Assembly: GCA_005880985.1 (NCBI GenBank)
Contig: VBIQ01000006.1
Span: forward strand, 5,088 to 69,087
DNA: 64,000 nucleotides
Source of the DNA: Chloroflexota bacterium
Lineage (GTDB): Bacteria; Chloroflexota; Dormibacteria; Aeolococcales; Aeolococcaceae
Direction of reading: 5' to 3'
In this document: in pieces, positions 1 through 8,934 of the stretch
Numbering within the stretch: position 1 is the first letter of the stretch
How the letters are laid out: the number at the start of each line of letters is the position of its first letter
The notes under the pieces: generated by a model
Seen by the model: only the letters and a program-made list of their open reading frames with translations
Told to the model about the DNA's origin: nothing
Database searches by the model: none
Made by a program: the position numbers and the translations under genes

Positions 1-186
1 GAACGTGGAACGCGAGGGGTGCTGCGAACGGCTCGGGCACGGCCGTCTACCAGCTGACAGTCGTATGTGCGCGCACCCCATGAGGTGCTGGTAGGAAGCG
101 CCATCAGGCGGACAAGGCTGGCGCGTGGCCCAGCGCGCAGCCCGCACCGCGCTGCGGCGGGGCGGGGGGGTTGGGTTCTGACAACT

Positions 187-262
187 TGGTACGCCTGGAG
201 GGACTCGAACCCCCGCACCCGGCTCCGGAGGCCGGTGCTCTATCCAACTGAGCTACAGGCGC
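187..262 (-). tRNA. tRNA-Arg (anticodon CCG)
   Basis: Reverse complement folds as a cloverleaf: GCGCCTGTAGCTCAGTTGGATAGAGCA D-arm, anticodon stem CCGGC/GCCGG with loop CTCCGGA, GTTCGAGTCC T-loop, 3' CCA. Confidence 0.9.
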
Positions 263-311
263 ACGGCAGCAGTCGAGTATACCCGCGCTCCCCGCCACCG
301 CCTGACGGCTG

Positions 312-1025
312 CTACCACCACTCGAATGGACGTCCGTCCCAGGGGTCGAGCTGAGGGAAGAGGGGGTCGGCCGCCAGCTCGGCGAGGCGTCCGGCGAAGG
401 CGCTGACCTCCTCGGCGGAGAGCAACAGCCGCAGGTGTTGCAGCAACCGCTCTCGCTCCGCGTCATCTCCCTGCAGTGACTGAACGGCGCGGGCGACCTG
501 GTCGGGCAGTCGCGCGCCACCGAGTTCGATCAGCACGGTGCGCTGACGCGGATAGGGGAGGAAGGTGAGCGCATTGTCGATGCCGCGCAGGCGCGGGCCC
601 GGGCTGATCAGCAGGTGGGCGCTCTTGCGGTCGGCGTTGTTGATGAGGACGTCGAGTGCGGCCATTGCTCGCAGCTCCGGTTGCAGGCAGTCCTCCTCGG
701 CGGTGGAGAGCTCGCGGCCGACGGCGTCGACGAACAGCTGCATCGATCCAGCTCCGAACGGGCCGTCGCGCAGCACGGTCGGCGGCACGATCCCCAGCCC
801 GAGCGCGGCGTCGACCAGGTAGCTGGCCACCTCCCGATAGTGCAGGGTCCGGTGCGGGAAGTCCCACAGCGGTCGCTCCCCCCGTGCCGGCTTGTAGATG
901 CCGCGCAGCGGGTGGGCGGGATCGACGGGGTCGGTCGCCTCGAACTCCACCAGGAAGCACGCGTTCGAGGAGTACACCACCCGGCCGACACCGGCGATGG
1001 GGGCGGTGGCGAGGAGCCGGAGCAC
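312..1025 (-). CDS. SCO1664-family protein with a PI3/PI4-kinase-like fold
   Basis: 237-aa ORF with a catalytic-loop-like NADRKSAHLL and a DFG-like GIDNALTF motif. GC3-rich codon usage. It ends just upstream of the tRNA-Arg. Confidence 0.6.
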   Translation of the reverse strand: MLRLLATAPIAGVGRVVYSSNACFLVEFEATDPVDPAHPLRGIYKPARGERPLWDFPHRTLHYREVASYLVDAALGLGIVPPTVLRDGPFGAGSMQLFVDAVGRELSTAEEDCLQPELRAMAALDVLINNADRKSAHLLISPGPRLRGIDNALTFLPYPRQRTVLIELGGARLPDQVARAVQSLQGDDAERERLLQHLRLLLSAEEVSAFAGRLAELAADPLFPQLDPWDGRPFEWW

Positions 1026-1251
1026 CTCGGTGTCGGCCGGCAGGCCTCCGGCCTCGGGTGGCGAGGCCGCGGCCGCGGCAAAGCGGCGATCGACGGTCGT
1101 CAGTTCCCCGGGCTCGATGAAGCGATGGTCGACCCGGATCGTGCGGTGAGTGGCGGCCGGGTCGAGATGAGGGCGCCGCGGCTTCGGTGGCCGGCGCGGG
1201 CGCCCTTCCTCGCTGCCCGGCGGCGTCGCCGCCCCCGTCCCCCGCCTCCGC

Positions 1252-1641
1252 TCAGCGGCCCAGCCGGGCGATCGCGACGACGACCAGCGCGGCCAGGAGG
1301 GAGGGGACGCCGAAGATCAGCAGCCCCGCGACAGCTCCCCGCATCGACGTTGCCCCGACCCCGACCGCGGACACCAAGCCCGCCAGGACCACCACCAGGG
1401 CCACCGTCAGCAGCGAGCGCCACCGCCCTCGGAGTCGCTGGAAACGTCCGACCGGGGCGGCGTCGATCGCGCCCCGGCGCGGGTCGCGTCCCCGCTGCCG
1501 GCTCCCGGCTGCCCCCGGCTCCTCGATGCGGTCGTGGGGCAGATCGGTGCGCGTCAGCGCTGCCCACCACGCGGGCGCGCCGCGGCTGTGACGCTGGTCG
1601 GGCGGGTGGCCTGGGGCCGGACGGGGAGCTTCTTCGGACAT
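1252..1641 (-). CDS. Small hypothetical membrane protein with two predicted TM helices
   Basis: In-frame ATG giving MSEEAPRP..., then two hydrophobic segments (LLTVALVVVLAGLVSAVGV and GLLIFGVPSLLAALVVVAIA). The start is uncertain. Confidence 0.35.
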   Translation of the reverse strand: MSEEAPRPAPGHPPDQRHSRGAPAWWAALTRTDLPHDRIEEPGAAGSRQRGRDPRRGAIDAAPVGRFQRLRGRWRSLLTVALVVVLAGLVSAVGVGATSMRGAVAGLLIFGVPSLLAALVVVAIARLGR

Positions 1642-1816
1642 CGGTGCTCGGGCGGGGCGGGCGACGCGAGAGACGAAGGCAGCAATCTCCGCCGGCGAGC
1701 AGCACGTGATCGGGTGCGGCGGCACCGCCGATCATACCCCCGGCGGGTTGCCGGGGGAGCCATAGACTCGCCGCCATGCGCGGTGCCTGCGTGCTCGGCG
1801 CGCCCGGTGGGCGGCG

Positions 1817-2488
1817 TTGACAGCGGCCGATGCTCGCGGCGAGTCGCTGCAGCGACTGCAGGCGGCGCACCGCGCGTGCACGCGCTGTGTGGACGCCGGT
1901 TGCATTCCCAGCGCGCGTCCCGTCTTCAGCGGTCACGCCGGGCAGCGAATCCTGCTCGTCGGGCAGGCGCCCGGGCCGGTCGAGCGCGACGTCGCACGTC
2001 CCTTCGCCGGCCGGGCAGGACGCCAGCTGATGCGCTGGATGGTGCGCGCCGGCTTTCGCGACGAGGAGGACTTCCGCGCTCGCGTCTACATGACCTCGGT
2101 CACCACCTGTTTTCCCGGGCGCCGTGCCGACGGCTCCGGCGACCGCCGTCCCTCGGCCAGAGAGGTGGCGCTCTGCGCTCCCTGGCTCGACGGCGTGCTC
2201 GAGCTTCTCGAGCCGCGGCTGGTGATCACCGCCGGCTCGCTCGCGCTCTCGCGACTGATGCCGTCGCGACGAAGGCTCGAGGACCTGGTGGGCGGTGCTC
2301 TGCTCGCCGACGGTGGCGACGCGCCCGATGACCCGGCCGGCGTCGCCCGGGTGCTGTTGCCTCTGCCGCATCCGTCGGGACAGAGCCGCTGGCTCAACGA
2401 ACCCACTCGCGTCGCGCTGCTCGACGGCGCCCTGCGGCGGCTGCGAAGGCTGACGGCATGGGCCGAGGGAGCTCGCGCGACGGTGTGA
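1817..2488 (+). CDS. Uracil-DNA glycosylase superfamily protein (family 4-like)
   Basis: CxxC cluster (CTRCVDAGC), GQAPG motif matching GEAPG, PFAGRAGRQL matching PFVGxAG, and a C-terminal HPSGQS matching the HPS motif. Apparent TTG start. Confidence 0.75.
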   Translation: MTAADARGESLQRLQAAHRACTRCVDAGCIPSARPVFSGHAGQRILLVGQAPGPVERDVARPFAGRAGRQLMRWMVRAGFRDEEDFRARVYMTSVTTCFPGRRADGSGDRRPSAREVALCAPWLDGVLELLEPRLVITAGSLALSRLMPSRRRLEDLVGGALLADGGDAPDDPAGVARVLLPLPHPSGQSRWLNEPTRVALLDGALRRLRRLTAWAEGARATV

Positions 2489-2527
2489 GGAGGCCGCGGG
2501 AACGGATGGTATGATCCCGCAGACTTT

Positions 2528-3046
2528 ATGCAGGCGCAAAAGCCCCAGAGTGAGGTTGAGGTGCCCGAGGTCGAGCAGCAGCAGGGTTCGACGCCGCTCG
2601 CCGTCGCTCCCAAGAACGCCGAGGAGATCCTCGAGCGCATCTTCACTCCCACCCCCAAGGCGAGTCCCGCCGAGCAGGCGGAGCGGGCGCTGCGGCGCCC
2701 TCGTCGTCTCGTCTATGTCGCCCTGAGCAATCGCAATTTCTACTGGCGACAGCACGTCACCAAGTTCGTTCTCGACGAGGGCCACGTCCCCATCTGCCCG
2801 TTCATGCTCTTCGACTATTACCTGCTCCACACCGTCGCCAAGGAAACGGTGCGCGAGGCCTTCAACAACCTCATCGTGCGCTCTGACGAGATGTGGGTCT
2901 TCGGCAATCTCTCGCTGGGCGTCAAGGTGCAGATCGGGATCGCCAAGCGACTCAAGAAGCCGGTGAAGTACTGGGACATCACCGATCTGCCGTATCGGGT
3001 GGTGAACGTCCCCGAGGCGCTGGTGCGGGAGGAGAAACGGGACTGA
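2528..3046 (+). CDS. Conserved hypothetical protein, tentatively a nucleoside 2-deoxyribosyltransferase-like (YtoQ/DUF4406-like) fold
   Basis: 172 aa with a strong GC3 bias in this frame. Acidic low-complexity N-terminus, then LVYVALS...SDEMWVFG...GIAKRLKKPV strand/helix pattern. The family assignment is tentative. Confidence 0.5.
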   Translation: MQAQKPQSEVEVPEVEQQQGSTPLAVAPKNAEEILERIFTPTPKASPAEQAERALRRPRRLVYVALSNRNFYWRQHVTKFVLDEGHVPICPFMLFDYYLLHTVAKETVREAFNNLIVRSDEMWVFGNLSLGVKVQIGIAKRLKKPVKYWDITDLPYRVVNVPEALVREEKRD

Positions 3047-3055
3047 CGCCGCCGG

Positions 3056-5488
3056 TCAGACGCGGCGGATCAGCTCGCGTTCCATCCGCTCGCGGGTGGC
3101 GACCACCAGCGAGTGCAGGGGGAGGTCCCGCACCGCCAGCTCCATCTGGCGCAGCATCGAGTAGAGGTTCTTGACCGCCTTGATGACATCGCCGAGGTCG
3201 GCGCCGGCCGGAGCCTCGATCTCGGCGAGCGGCGTCCCCAGCACCCACTGGTAGGCGGCATCGACGAAGTCGAGCGAGAGCGGCCGCAGCGTCTCCAGGC
3301 CCTGGTCGCGTTCCAGCGAGGCGAGCCGGAAGAGGGCGACGCGCAGGGTGCGATAGGCCTGTTCGATCCTCCCGGTGGGGAAACGATGGCGTCCGGCGGG
3401 GCGCTCTCGACCGCGATCCTCGGCGACCAGCATCACCAGGCTGGCGGCCAGCTCCTCGGGGCGCAGATCATCGAGCCATCCCTCGCGGATGGCACGCGCG
3501 ACCAGCAGTGCGTTCTCGCCGTAGAGCGACGCCGCCAGGGCGCCGAGCGCGGTGGGGCGATCGTGCTCGAGATACCCCCCCTCGTGGAGCACGGCGCGGA
3601 AGGCGCGAAACTCCTCCCGGTAGCGGTGGCGCGCCGACTCCAGCTCCTGCTCCCCGCCCGCCAGCGCCTCTTCCATCTCGTCGATGGCGAGATGGTTGGC
3701 CCGGTGCTCGCCGAAGTAGGGGCAGCGGCGGCAGGGACTGTCCGCCTGCCGCGCCTGCAGGCCCTTCATCTGCCGGCGCATCGCCTCGTAGCGCTGGCCG
3801 GGGTCGGCGCTGCGTCCCCCGTAGCGGCCACGACGGCTGTCGCGCCAGTGGTCGCGACGGGCGCGACGGAGCCGGGTCTGGATGGTGATCAGCTCCTCGC
3901 CGCCGTTCAGGTAGGACTCCAGGGTTCGCTCGGTGCAGGGGACCACCGGATGACGGAAGACCCGGGCGCGCAGGTCGGCAAGCCGCGAGCGAAGATTCTC
4001 CTCGCGGTGCACCCAGTTCTCGCCGCGTCGTAGCAGCTGATACTGGCCGAAGGAGCGCTCGAGCAGCAGCTCCGCCCGCTCGACGCTGCCGGTGCGCAGC
4101 AGGTTGAGGGTCATGGTGTAGGTCGGCGCGAACTTGCTCTCCACCGACATCTCTCCACCCATGGCGGCCTCATAGATGTCGCGGATGTCAACGTCGTGCT
4201 CCTTGAGGATGATCCCGTGCCCCAGGGTGTCGATGCCGCGGCGGCCGGCGCGGCCCATCAGCTGGGTGAGCTCGGCGCTGGTGAGCGCGTGGAAGCCGGT
4301 GCCGTCGAATTTGGTGAACGATGACACCACGCAGGCTCGGGCAGGCATGTTGAGGCCGAGAGAGAGCGTCTCGGTGGCGAAGACAACCTTGATCAGCCCG
4401 GTGAGGAAGAGTCGCTCGACCGTTTCCTTCGCATAGGGCAGCATGCCGGCGTGGTGCATCGCCACCCCGTTGCGCAGCAGGTCCCGGGGTAGCGCCTCGC
4501 GGTACACTGTTCGCTCGTCGTCATCGGCAACCGCCACCAGCCGCTCCTCGTAGAACTCTTCGATCCGCTTCTTCTCCGGCGCGGTGGTGAGGTCGATGCC
4601 GTGGACGGCGCATCGCGAGAGCGCCTCGCGGCATCCCCGCCTCGAGAAGATGAAGTAGATGGCGGGGACCATGTCCTGGCTCGACAGCTCCTCGACCACG
4701 TGGAGGAGGTCGTTGTCGGGAGCGCGCCGGGCGTATCGCATCCGCTCGTCGACGGCGTCCTGCCGGCGGGCCAGGTCGAGGGTGCGGCGGGAGGCGTGCC
4801 CCTCGCGGTCGAAGAGGGGATGAAAGCGGTTGTCGATCGCCAGCCAGAGACGCAGCTCCACCGGGCGCTCGGTGCGCATCACGATGCCCATCGGACCCCG
4901 AAGGCCGGTCATCCAGTCGGCCACCTCCTCGACGTTGCCGATGGTGGCGCTCAGTCCGATGAAGCGGATGTGGGGAGGCGCTTGGACGATCACCTCTTCC
5001 CAGACGGCCCCGCGGGGGTAGTCGTCGATGTAATGGATCTCGTCGAGGACCACGTCACCCACCAGGTCGAGGCGGCCGGGCTCGTCGTAGATGACGTTGC
5101 GCAGGATCTCGGTGGTCATCACCACCACCGGGGCACGGTCGTTGATGGTGTGCTCACCGGTCACCAGACCCACGTTGGCTTCGCCGTAGCGGTCGCGCAG
5201 GTCGTGGAACTTCTGATTGCTGAGCGCCTTCAGAGGAGTGGTGTAGACCACGTGGGTCGGTTCGGTGACCGCGCGACGCAGCTCGTGCGGGGCGGCGAGG
5301 CAGCGCCACACCGCGTATTCCGCGACCACCGTCTTTCCGCTGCTGGTGGGGGCGCTGACCAGGACGCCTCGGCGCTGCTCGAGCAGCCGCAGCGCCTCCA
5401 CCTGGAAGCCGTCGAGCGGCCATGGGAGAGTCGCCTGAAAGGCGGCGATCAGCTCGTCGACGCGCTCCCCGGTCGGGACCGCGGTCAC
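3056..5488 (-). CDS. helY: Ski2-like DEAD/DEAH-box ATP-dependent RNA helicase HelY
   Basis: Walker A APTSSGKT, DEIH box, SAT motif, helicase C domain and a Ski2/Mtr4-type C-terminal region. Start is a GTG preceded by GAGAGG, trimmed from the longer ORF. Confidence 0.85.
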   Translation of the reverse strand: MTAVPTGERVDELIAAFQATLPWPLDGFQVEALRLLEQRRGVLVSAPTSSGKTVVAEYAVWRCLAAPHELRRAVTEPTHVVYTTPLKALSNQKFHDLRDRYGEANVGLVTGEHTINDRAPVVVMTTEILRNVIYDEPGRLDLVGDVVLDEIHYIDDYPRGAVWEEVIVQAPPHIRFIGLSATIGNVEEVADWMTGLRGPMGIVMRTERPVELRLWLAIDNRFHPLFDREGHASRRTLDLARRQDAVDERMRYARRAPDNDLLHVVEELSSQDMVPAIYFIFSRRGCREALSRCAVHGIDLTTAPEKKRIEEFYEERLVAVADDDERTVYREALPRDLLRNGVAMHHAGMLPYAKETVERLFLTGLIKVVFATETLSLGLNMPARACVVSSFTKFDGTGFHALTSAELTQLMGRAGRRGIDTLGHGIILKEHDVDIRDIYEAAMGGEMSVESKFAPTYTMTLNLLRTGSVERAELLLERSFGQYQLLRRGENWVHREENLRSRLADLRARVFRHPVVPCTERTLESYLNGGEELITIQTRLRRARRDHWRDSRRGRYGGRSADPGQRYEAMRRQMKGLQARQADSPCRRCPYFGEHRANHLAIDEMEEALAGGEQELESARHRYREEFRAFRAVLHEGGYLEHDRPTALGALAASLYGENALLVARAIREGWLDDLRPEELAASLVMLVAEDRGRERPAGRHRFPTGRIEQAYRTLRVALFRLASLERDQGLETLRPLSLDFVDAAYQWVLGTPLAEIEAPAGADLGDVIKAVKNLYSMLRQMELAVRDLPLHSLVVATRERMERELIRRV

Positions 5489-5498
5489 CGGCGGCCTC

Positions 5499-5798
5499 TC
5501 ACAGGTGCACCAGTTCGAAGCGTGAACCGGTGACCATCGCCTCGGCTTCACCCTCGACGAAGCGCAACACCTTCTGGCACATCTCGTCGGCGTGGCGGCC
5601 GTCTCCACTCACGCAGGCGATGCCGAGCTCAGCCGACTGCCAGAGGTCATGGTCGCCCACTTCGGCGACGGCGACGTTGAACCCCTGACGCAACCGCGCC
5701 GACAGTGAGCGAACCACCTGTCGCTTCTCCTTGAGCGAGTGGCTCTCGGGGACGTGCAGGGTGATGACGAGGCTGCCGATGACCACGGACTCCCTCAC
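5499..5798 (-). CDS. DUF503 family protein
   Basis: 99 aa with MRESVVIGSLVITLHVPESHSLKEKRQVVRSL, characteristic of the DUF503/YlxP-like family. Confidence 0.8.
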   Translation of the reverse strand: MRESVVIGSLVITLHVPESHSLKEKRQVVRSLSARLRQGFNVAVAEVGDHDLWQSAELGIACVSGDGRHADEMCQKVLRFVEGEAEAMVTGSRFELVHL

Positions 5799-5831
5799 GC
5801 TAGCAGAGCGGGGCCGTTATGCTGGCGCGCC

Positions 5832-7649
5832 GTGTCGACGACTGCGGCTGCGCCTCCCTCGATCTCCCTGGTGGAGCACTTCCGCCACCAGGTCGGCAGC
5901 CGGGCAGACCGGCCCGCGATGTACTTCCGGGCCGGCGGTCGCTGGGCCCCGATCACCTGGGGTCAGTTCGGCCAGGCCGCTCGCCGGATCACCGCCTACC
6001 TCGTCGACGAGGGCGTGGCGGAGCACGACCACGTCGCCGTCTGGTCGGGAAACCGCCCCGAATGGCACATCGCCGACGTTGCCATCCTCGCGGGGCGGAT
6101 GCGACCGGTGCCGCTGTACCTCACCGTCAGCGCCGAACAGGCGGGATACATCCTCGGTCACTCCGGGGCACGGGTTGCCGTGGTCGAGGCATGCGAGCAG
6201 CTCGACCGCCTCCTGCGGGAGCGCGACCGTCTACCGTCGCTGCAACGCGTGGTCGTCATCGAGGGGCTGGACGGCTCCTCGGACGACGGCTTCGTCATTC
6301 CCTGGGCGCTGGCGATGCAGCGAGGTGAGGCGGCGCTGGGCCCGCGTGCCGCGGAGGTCGACCGGCGAGCCAGAGCGGTGGGGCTCGATGACGTCGCCAC
6401 CCTCGTGTACACCAGCGGCACCACCGGACCACCCAAGGCGGTGGTGCTCACCCATCGCAACATCACCTCGGCGATCTCCAGCCTGTCGCAGATCGCCGCC
6501 GCCGAGGCCGACGATCGCATCCTCAGCTATCTGCCTCTGGCCCACATCGCCGAGCGGATGGCGAGCGAGTTCCGTCAGTACGTCTTCGGCAACGCCACCT
6601 GGTTCTCCAGCGGTCCGCAGAACCTCGCGTCCGAGCTCGGCGAGGTGCGGCCGACGATGTTCTTCGGCGTCCCCCGGGTGTGGGAGAAGATGGCGGCGCG
6701 GATCCGTGCCGGGCTGGATGAGGCCGGCGGTCTGCGCGGCCACCTGGGGCGCTGGGCGGTGCGCACCGGGGAGACGGTGGCGGGCGCCCGTGGGAGCGGA
6801 CGCGAGCCGGGTCCACTGCTTCGCGCCCGGTATCGCCTCGCCGATCGCCTGGTGCTGCGGCGGGTGCGCAGCGCCCTGGGACTCGACCAGGCACGCTACG
6901 TCGCCAGCGGGGCAGCACCCATCGCCGCCGATGTTCTCCGCCTCTTCGCCGCCCTGGGACTCGAGGTCCTCGAGATCTACGGGCAGACCGAGAACTGCGG
7001 CCTGACCAGTGTCAACCGGCCGGGACACAGTCGCATCGGGACGGTGGGTCCGCCCGCGCCCGACGTCGACGTCCGCCTCGACGGCGACGGCGAGATCCTG
7101 GTGCGCAGCGGCGCCGTCTTCGCCGGATACCACGGGGACGAGCAGGCGACCGCCGCGACCCTCGAGGACGGGTGGTTGCGCACCGGCGACATCGGTAGCC
7201 TCGACGCCGACGGCTACCTGCGCGTCATCGACCGCAAGAAGGATCTGATCATCACCTCGGGCGGGAAGAACATCGCACCGGGTGGGATCGAGAACGCGCT
7301 GCGGGAGCATCGTCTGGTCGAGCAGGCAGTGGTGATCGGCGACCGCCGCCCCTTCGTGACCGCACTGCTCACCCTCGATGCCGATGAGCTGATGGCAGTC
7401 GCGGCCGAGAACAATCTGCCGGCAGACCCCGCCACCCTGCGGGACAGCGCGGTGGTGCAGGCGGCCCTTCAGGCCCACGTCGACGCGGTGAACCGCCGTC
7501 TCTCCCAGGTCGAATCGGTCAAGCGTTGGACGGTGCTGCCTCGCGGATTTGCCATCGGCGAAGAGCTCACTCCGACGCTCAAGGTACGCCGCCGCATCGT
7601 CGAGGAACGCTACGCCGCCGAGATCGACGCCCTGTACGCCAGCGGCTGA
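5832..7649 (+). CDS. AMP-dependent synthetase/ligase (long-chain fatty-acid-CoA ligase, FadD-like)
   Basis: AMP-binding motif YTSGTTGPPKAVVLTHRN, then YGQTE, and a C-terminal ITSGGKNIAP...KVRRR. GTG start chosen to avoid overlap with the divergent DUF503 gene. Confidence 0.85.
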   Translation: MSTTAAAPPSISLVEHFRHQVGSRADRPAMYFRAGGRWAPITWGQFGQAARRITAYLVDEGVAEHDHVAVWSGNRPEWHIADVAILAGRMRPVPLYLTVSAEQAGYILGHSGARVAVVEACEQLDRLLRERDRLPSLQRVVVIEGLDGSSDDGFVIPWALAMQRGEAALGPRAAEVDRRARAVGLDDVATLVYTSGTTGPPKAVVLTHRNITSAISSLSQIAAAEADDRILSYLPLAHIAERMASEFRQYVFGNATWFSSGPQNLASELGEVRPTMFFGVPRVWEKMAARIRAGLDEAGGLRGHLGRWAVRTGETVAGARGSGREPGPLLRARYRLADRLVLRRVRSALGLDQARYVASGAAPIAADVLRLFAALGLEVLEIYGQTENCGLTSVNRPGHSRIGTVGPPAPDVDVRLDGDGEILVRSGAVFAGYHGDEQATAATLEDGWLRTGDIGSLDADGYLRVIDRKKDLIITSGGKNIAPGGIENALREHRLVEQAVVIGDRRPFVTALLTLDADELMAVAAENNLPADPATLRDSAVVQAALQAHVDAVNRRLSQVESVKRWTVLPRGFAIGEELTPTLKVRRRIVEERYAAEIDALYASG

Positions 7650-7671
7650 CAGTGCCGCTTGCGGCGGCTCG

Positions 7672-7980
7672 TCAGAGAACCGAGAGCAGCTTCTGCCGCA
7701 GCTCCTCGAGGCGTTCGAACTCCTCGACGGCGGGCTTGGGCGGAGTCTTCTGCTGACCGGGGAACTTCAGCCGCTGCAGGGCGTCGGCGATGGTCTGGAT
7801 CTCCTCGTCGCTGAGGCGGAGGAGCCGTCCCCCGGCGCTCGGCGGCGGCATGCGCGAGATCGGCGGGCTCCCCGTCGGATTGACCTGGCTGACCGGCTCG
7901 CGGTTGCGCTCTGCTTCCGCCTGGGTCGGGCGGAAGAGCTCATCCGAGCCACGCAGCTGGGCGCGGCGGAAGCCGGCCAT
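7672..7980 (-). CDS. Small ParA-coupled protein with an Arg-rich flexible N-terminus and a C-terminal ribbon-helix-helix-like segment (ParG-like adaptor candidate)
   Basis: 102-aa ORF whose ATG overlaps the parA stop (ATGA). GGAGG sits 7 nt upstream. N-terminus MAGFRRAQLRG; C-terminus RLLRLSDEEIQTIADALQRL, a beta-strand-plus-helix pattern like RHH proteins. Confidence 0.6.
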   Translation of the reverse strand: MAGFRRAQLRGSDELFRPTQAEAERNREPVSQVNPTGSPPISRMPPPSAGGRLLRLSDEEIQTIADALQRLKFPGQQKTPPKPAVEEFERLEELRQKLLSVL

Positions 7981-8768
7981 CAACCCGCCTCCGCGGCCAC
8001 CGCGTCGGTGGCCATCACCGCGGCCGCCAGTTCGCGATATGCCTTGGCCCCGGGTGATGCAGCGGCGTACTGGAGGATCGACTGGCCCTCGATGGGACAC
8101 TCGGCGAAGCGAATGCTGGCGTCGACCCGGACGGCGAAGACCTGCTCGCCATAGTGCTCGCGCACCAGCTCCAGCACGTCCTGGCTGTGCAGGGTGCGCG
8201 CCTTGTAGATGGTCGGCAGGATGCCGGCGATGCGCAGGCGCGGATTCAGCTTGGCACGGACCCGGTCGATGGTGCGCTGCAACTGCTGCATCCCCTTCAT
8301 CCCGAAGTACTCGCACTGCAGCGGAATGATCACCTCGGTCGCCGCCACCAGCGCGTTGATGCTCAGCAGGCCCAGTGAGGGCGGGCAGTCGATGACCATA
8401 AAGTCGTAGTCGTCGAGAACGGGTTCGAGCTTGTCGGTGAGCACGCTCTCGCGACCGATCTCGCTGGCCAACTGCATCTCTGCACCGCTCAGCTCGATGT
8501 TGGCAGGGAGGAAGTCGACCCCGATCTTGTCGGCGTGGAGTCGCACATCCTCGACCGCCACCTGCGAATTGGTGAGCAGGTCGTACACGGTCAGCTCGAG
8601 GTCGTCGGGCCGGCGCACCCCCATGTTGATGGTGAGGTGACCCTGGGGGTCGAGGTCGATGCAGAGCAGGCGCTGGCCTGCTTCCGCCAGCGCGCCCGCG
8701 AGGCTCACCGCCGTGGTGGTCTTTCCCACACCGCCTTTCTGGTTGGCGATGGCGAGGACGCGAGTCAT
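7980..8768 (-). CDS. parA: ParA/Soj-family partition ATPase (small, with no N-terminal HTH extension)
   Basis: Deviant Walker A NQKGGVGKTTTAV, Walker A' CIDLDPQ, Walker B VIDCPPSLG. 262 aa. Confidence 0.9.
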   Translation of the reverse strand: MTRVLAIANQKGGVGKTTTAVSLAGALAEAGQRLLCIDLDPQGHLTINMGVRRPDDLELTVYDLLTNSQVAVEDVRLHADKIGVDFLPANIELSGAEMQLASEIGRESVLTDKLEPVLDDYDFMVIDCPPSLGLLSINALVAATEVIIPLQCEYFGMKGMQQLQRTIDRVRAKLNPRLRIAGILPTIYKARTLHSQDVLELVREHYGEQVFAVRVDASIRFAECPIEGQSILQYAAASPGAKAYRELAAAVMATDAVAAEAG

Positions 8769-8934
8769 CGGGCCGCCGAACAGATGCGCTCCACCGAGCC
8801 GGTATCATACCGCTCCCGTCGCGGCGCAACCGTGATGGGACGAAGTTGCCGGGCCGTCCTGGGGCAGCTGCCTGCGCCATCCTTATGTGGCGGTGATGTG
8901 TCGACCGGCAGACGCTGCCGGAAGCGGGTCCAAC

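Noticed and set aside
1100-2830. Very long antisense ORFs (for example 1100..2830-, 11642..12991-, 13494..15182-, 15023..15877-, 20727..21380-, 22145..23632-, 46369..48696-, 37738..39102- upstream part)
   Set aside because: - Typical high-GC artefacts. They lie opposite or out of frame relative to well-supported genes (UDG, hisZ/G/D/B, GH15, argJ, LysE/SDR/zwf, dus).
- They have Arg/Pro/Gly/Ala-rich nonsense composition and no start or RBS context.
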